Shown piece after piece: positions 63,410 through 64,000 of a stretch of DNA of 64,000 bases. Origin of the DNA: Macrostomum lignano (taxonomy: Eukaryota); contig NIVC01001574.1 of NCBI GenBank assembly GCA_002269645.1, forward strand, positions 186,001-250,000, given 5' to 3'. Made by a program: the position numbers and the translations under genes. Within the stretch, counting starts at the first letter, position 1. Each line of letters begins with the position of its first letter. The notes below the pieces were generated by a model. It saw nothing but the letters and a program-made list of their open reading frames with translations, had not been told where the DNA came from and did no database searches.

Positions 63410-64000
63410 GTTCACTGAGCACCGCTGCCCTCCCTTGATTCTTCACTGAGCACCGCTGCCCTCCCCTGATTCTTCACTGAGCACGGCTGCCCTCCCCCTG
63501 ATTTTTCACTGAGCACCGCTGCCCTCCCCTGATTCTTCACTGAGCACCGCTGCCCTCCCCCTGATTCTTCACTGAGCACTGCTGCCCTCCCCCTGATTCT
63601 TCACTGAGCACGGCTGCCCTCCCCCTGATTTTTCACTGAGCACCGCTGCCCCCCTCCCCTGATTCTTCACTGAGCACCGCTGCCCTCCCCCTGATTCTTC
63701 ACTGAGCACCGCTGCCCTCCCCCTGATTTTTCACTGAGCACCGCTGCCCTCCCCCTGATTTTTCACTGAGCACCGCTGCCCCCCTCCCCTGATTCTTCAC
63801 TGAGCACCGCTGCCCCCCCCCTGATTCTTCACTGAGCACCGCTGCCCCCCTCCCCTGATTCTTCACTGAGCACCGCTGCCCTCCCCCTGATTCTTCACTG
63901 AGCACCGCTGCCCCCCCCCTGATTCTTCACTGAGCACCGCTGCCCTCCCCTGATTCTTCACTGAGCACGGCTGCCCTCCCCCTGATTCTTCACTGAGCAC
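63410..64000. repeat. Minisatellite, 31-33-bp unit (TTCACTGAGCACCGCTGCCCTCCCCCTGATTC), continuing off the right edge
   Basis: Direct inspection; begins ~25 nt from the gpd1 exon acceptor. Confidence 0.96.

Overview
Eukaryotic (metazoan) genomic DNA with spliceosomal GT-AG introns; no prokaryotic genes, rRNA or CRISPR. The gene content and the extreme density of intronic minisatellites resemble a free-living flatworm such as Macrostomum, but that is inference from style only. From left to right: (1) 1-10 kb is a transposon graveyard with two LOA/R1-like LINEs on the minus strand, both with overlapping ORF1-stop/ORF2-start codons, and a decayed Polinton/Maverick-like relic (protein-primed PolB fragments, a cysteine-protease fragment, tightly packed AT-rich small ORFs). 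(2) 15.8-18.7 kb holds a small secreted knottin (ICK) precursor gene and a 4-exon two-domain Ly6/uPAR GPI-anchored protein gene. (3) 21-28 kb holds a non-autonomous TIR transposon and a PAN-like + F-type lectin pseudogene interrupted by an I-clade LINE. (4) 29.6-54.9 kb (minus) is an 8-exon, ~457-aa, 3-Ig GPI-anchored IgLON/Lachesin-like gene whose introns carry many different minisatellites; exon 2 is bracketed by inverted copies of one 28-bp array. (5) 61.7-63.4 kb (minus) is the 3' half of an NAD-dependent glycerol-3-phosphate dehydrogenase gene, with an intronic, in-phase, diverged duplicate of its active-site segment. Most long ORFs in the supplied track are artefacts of tandem repeats.
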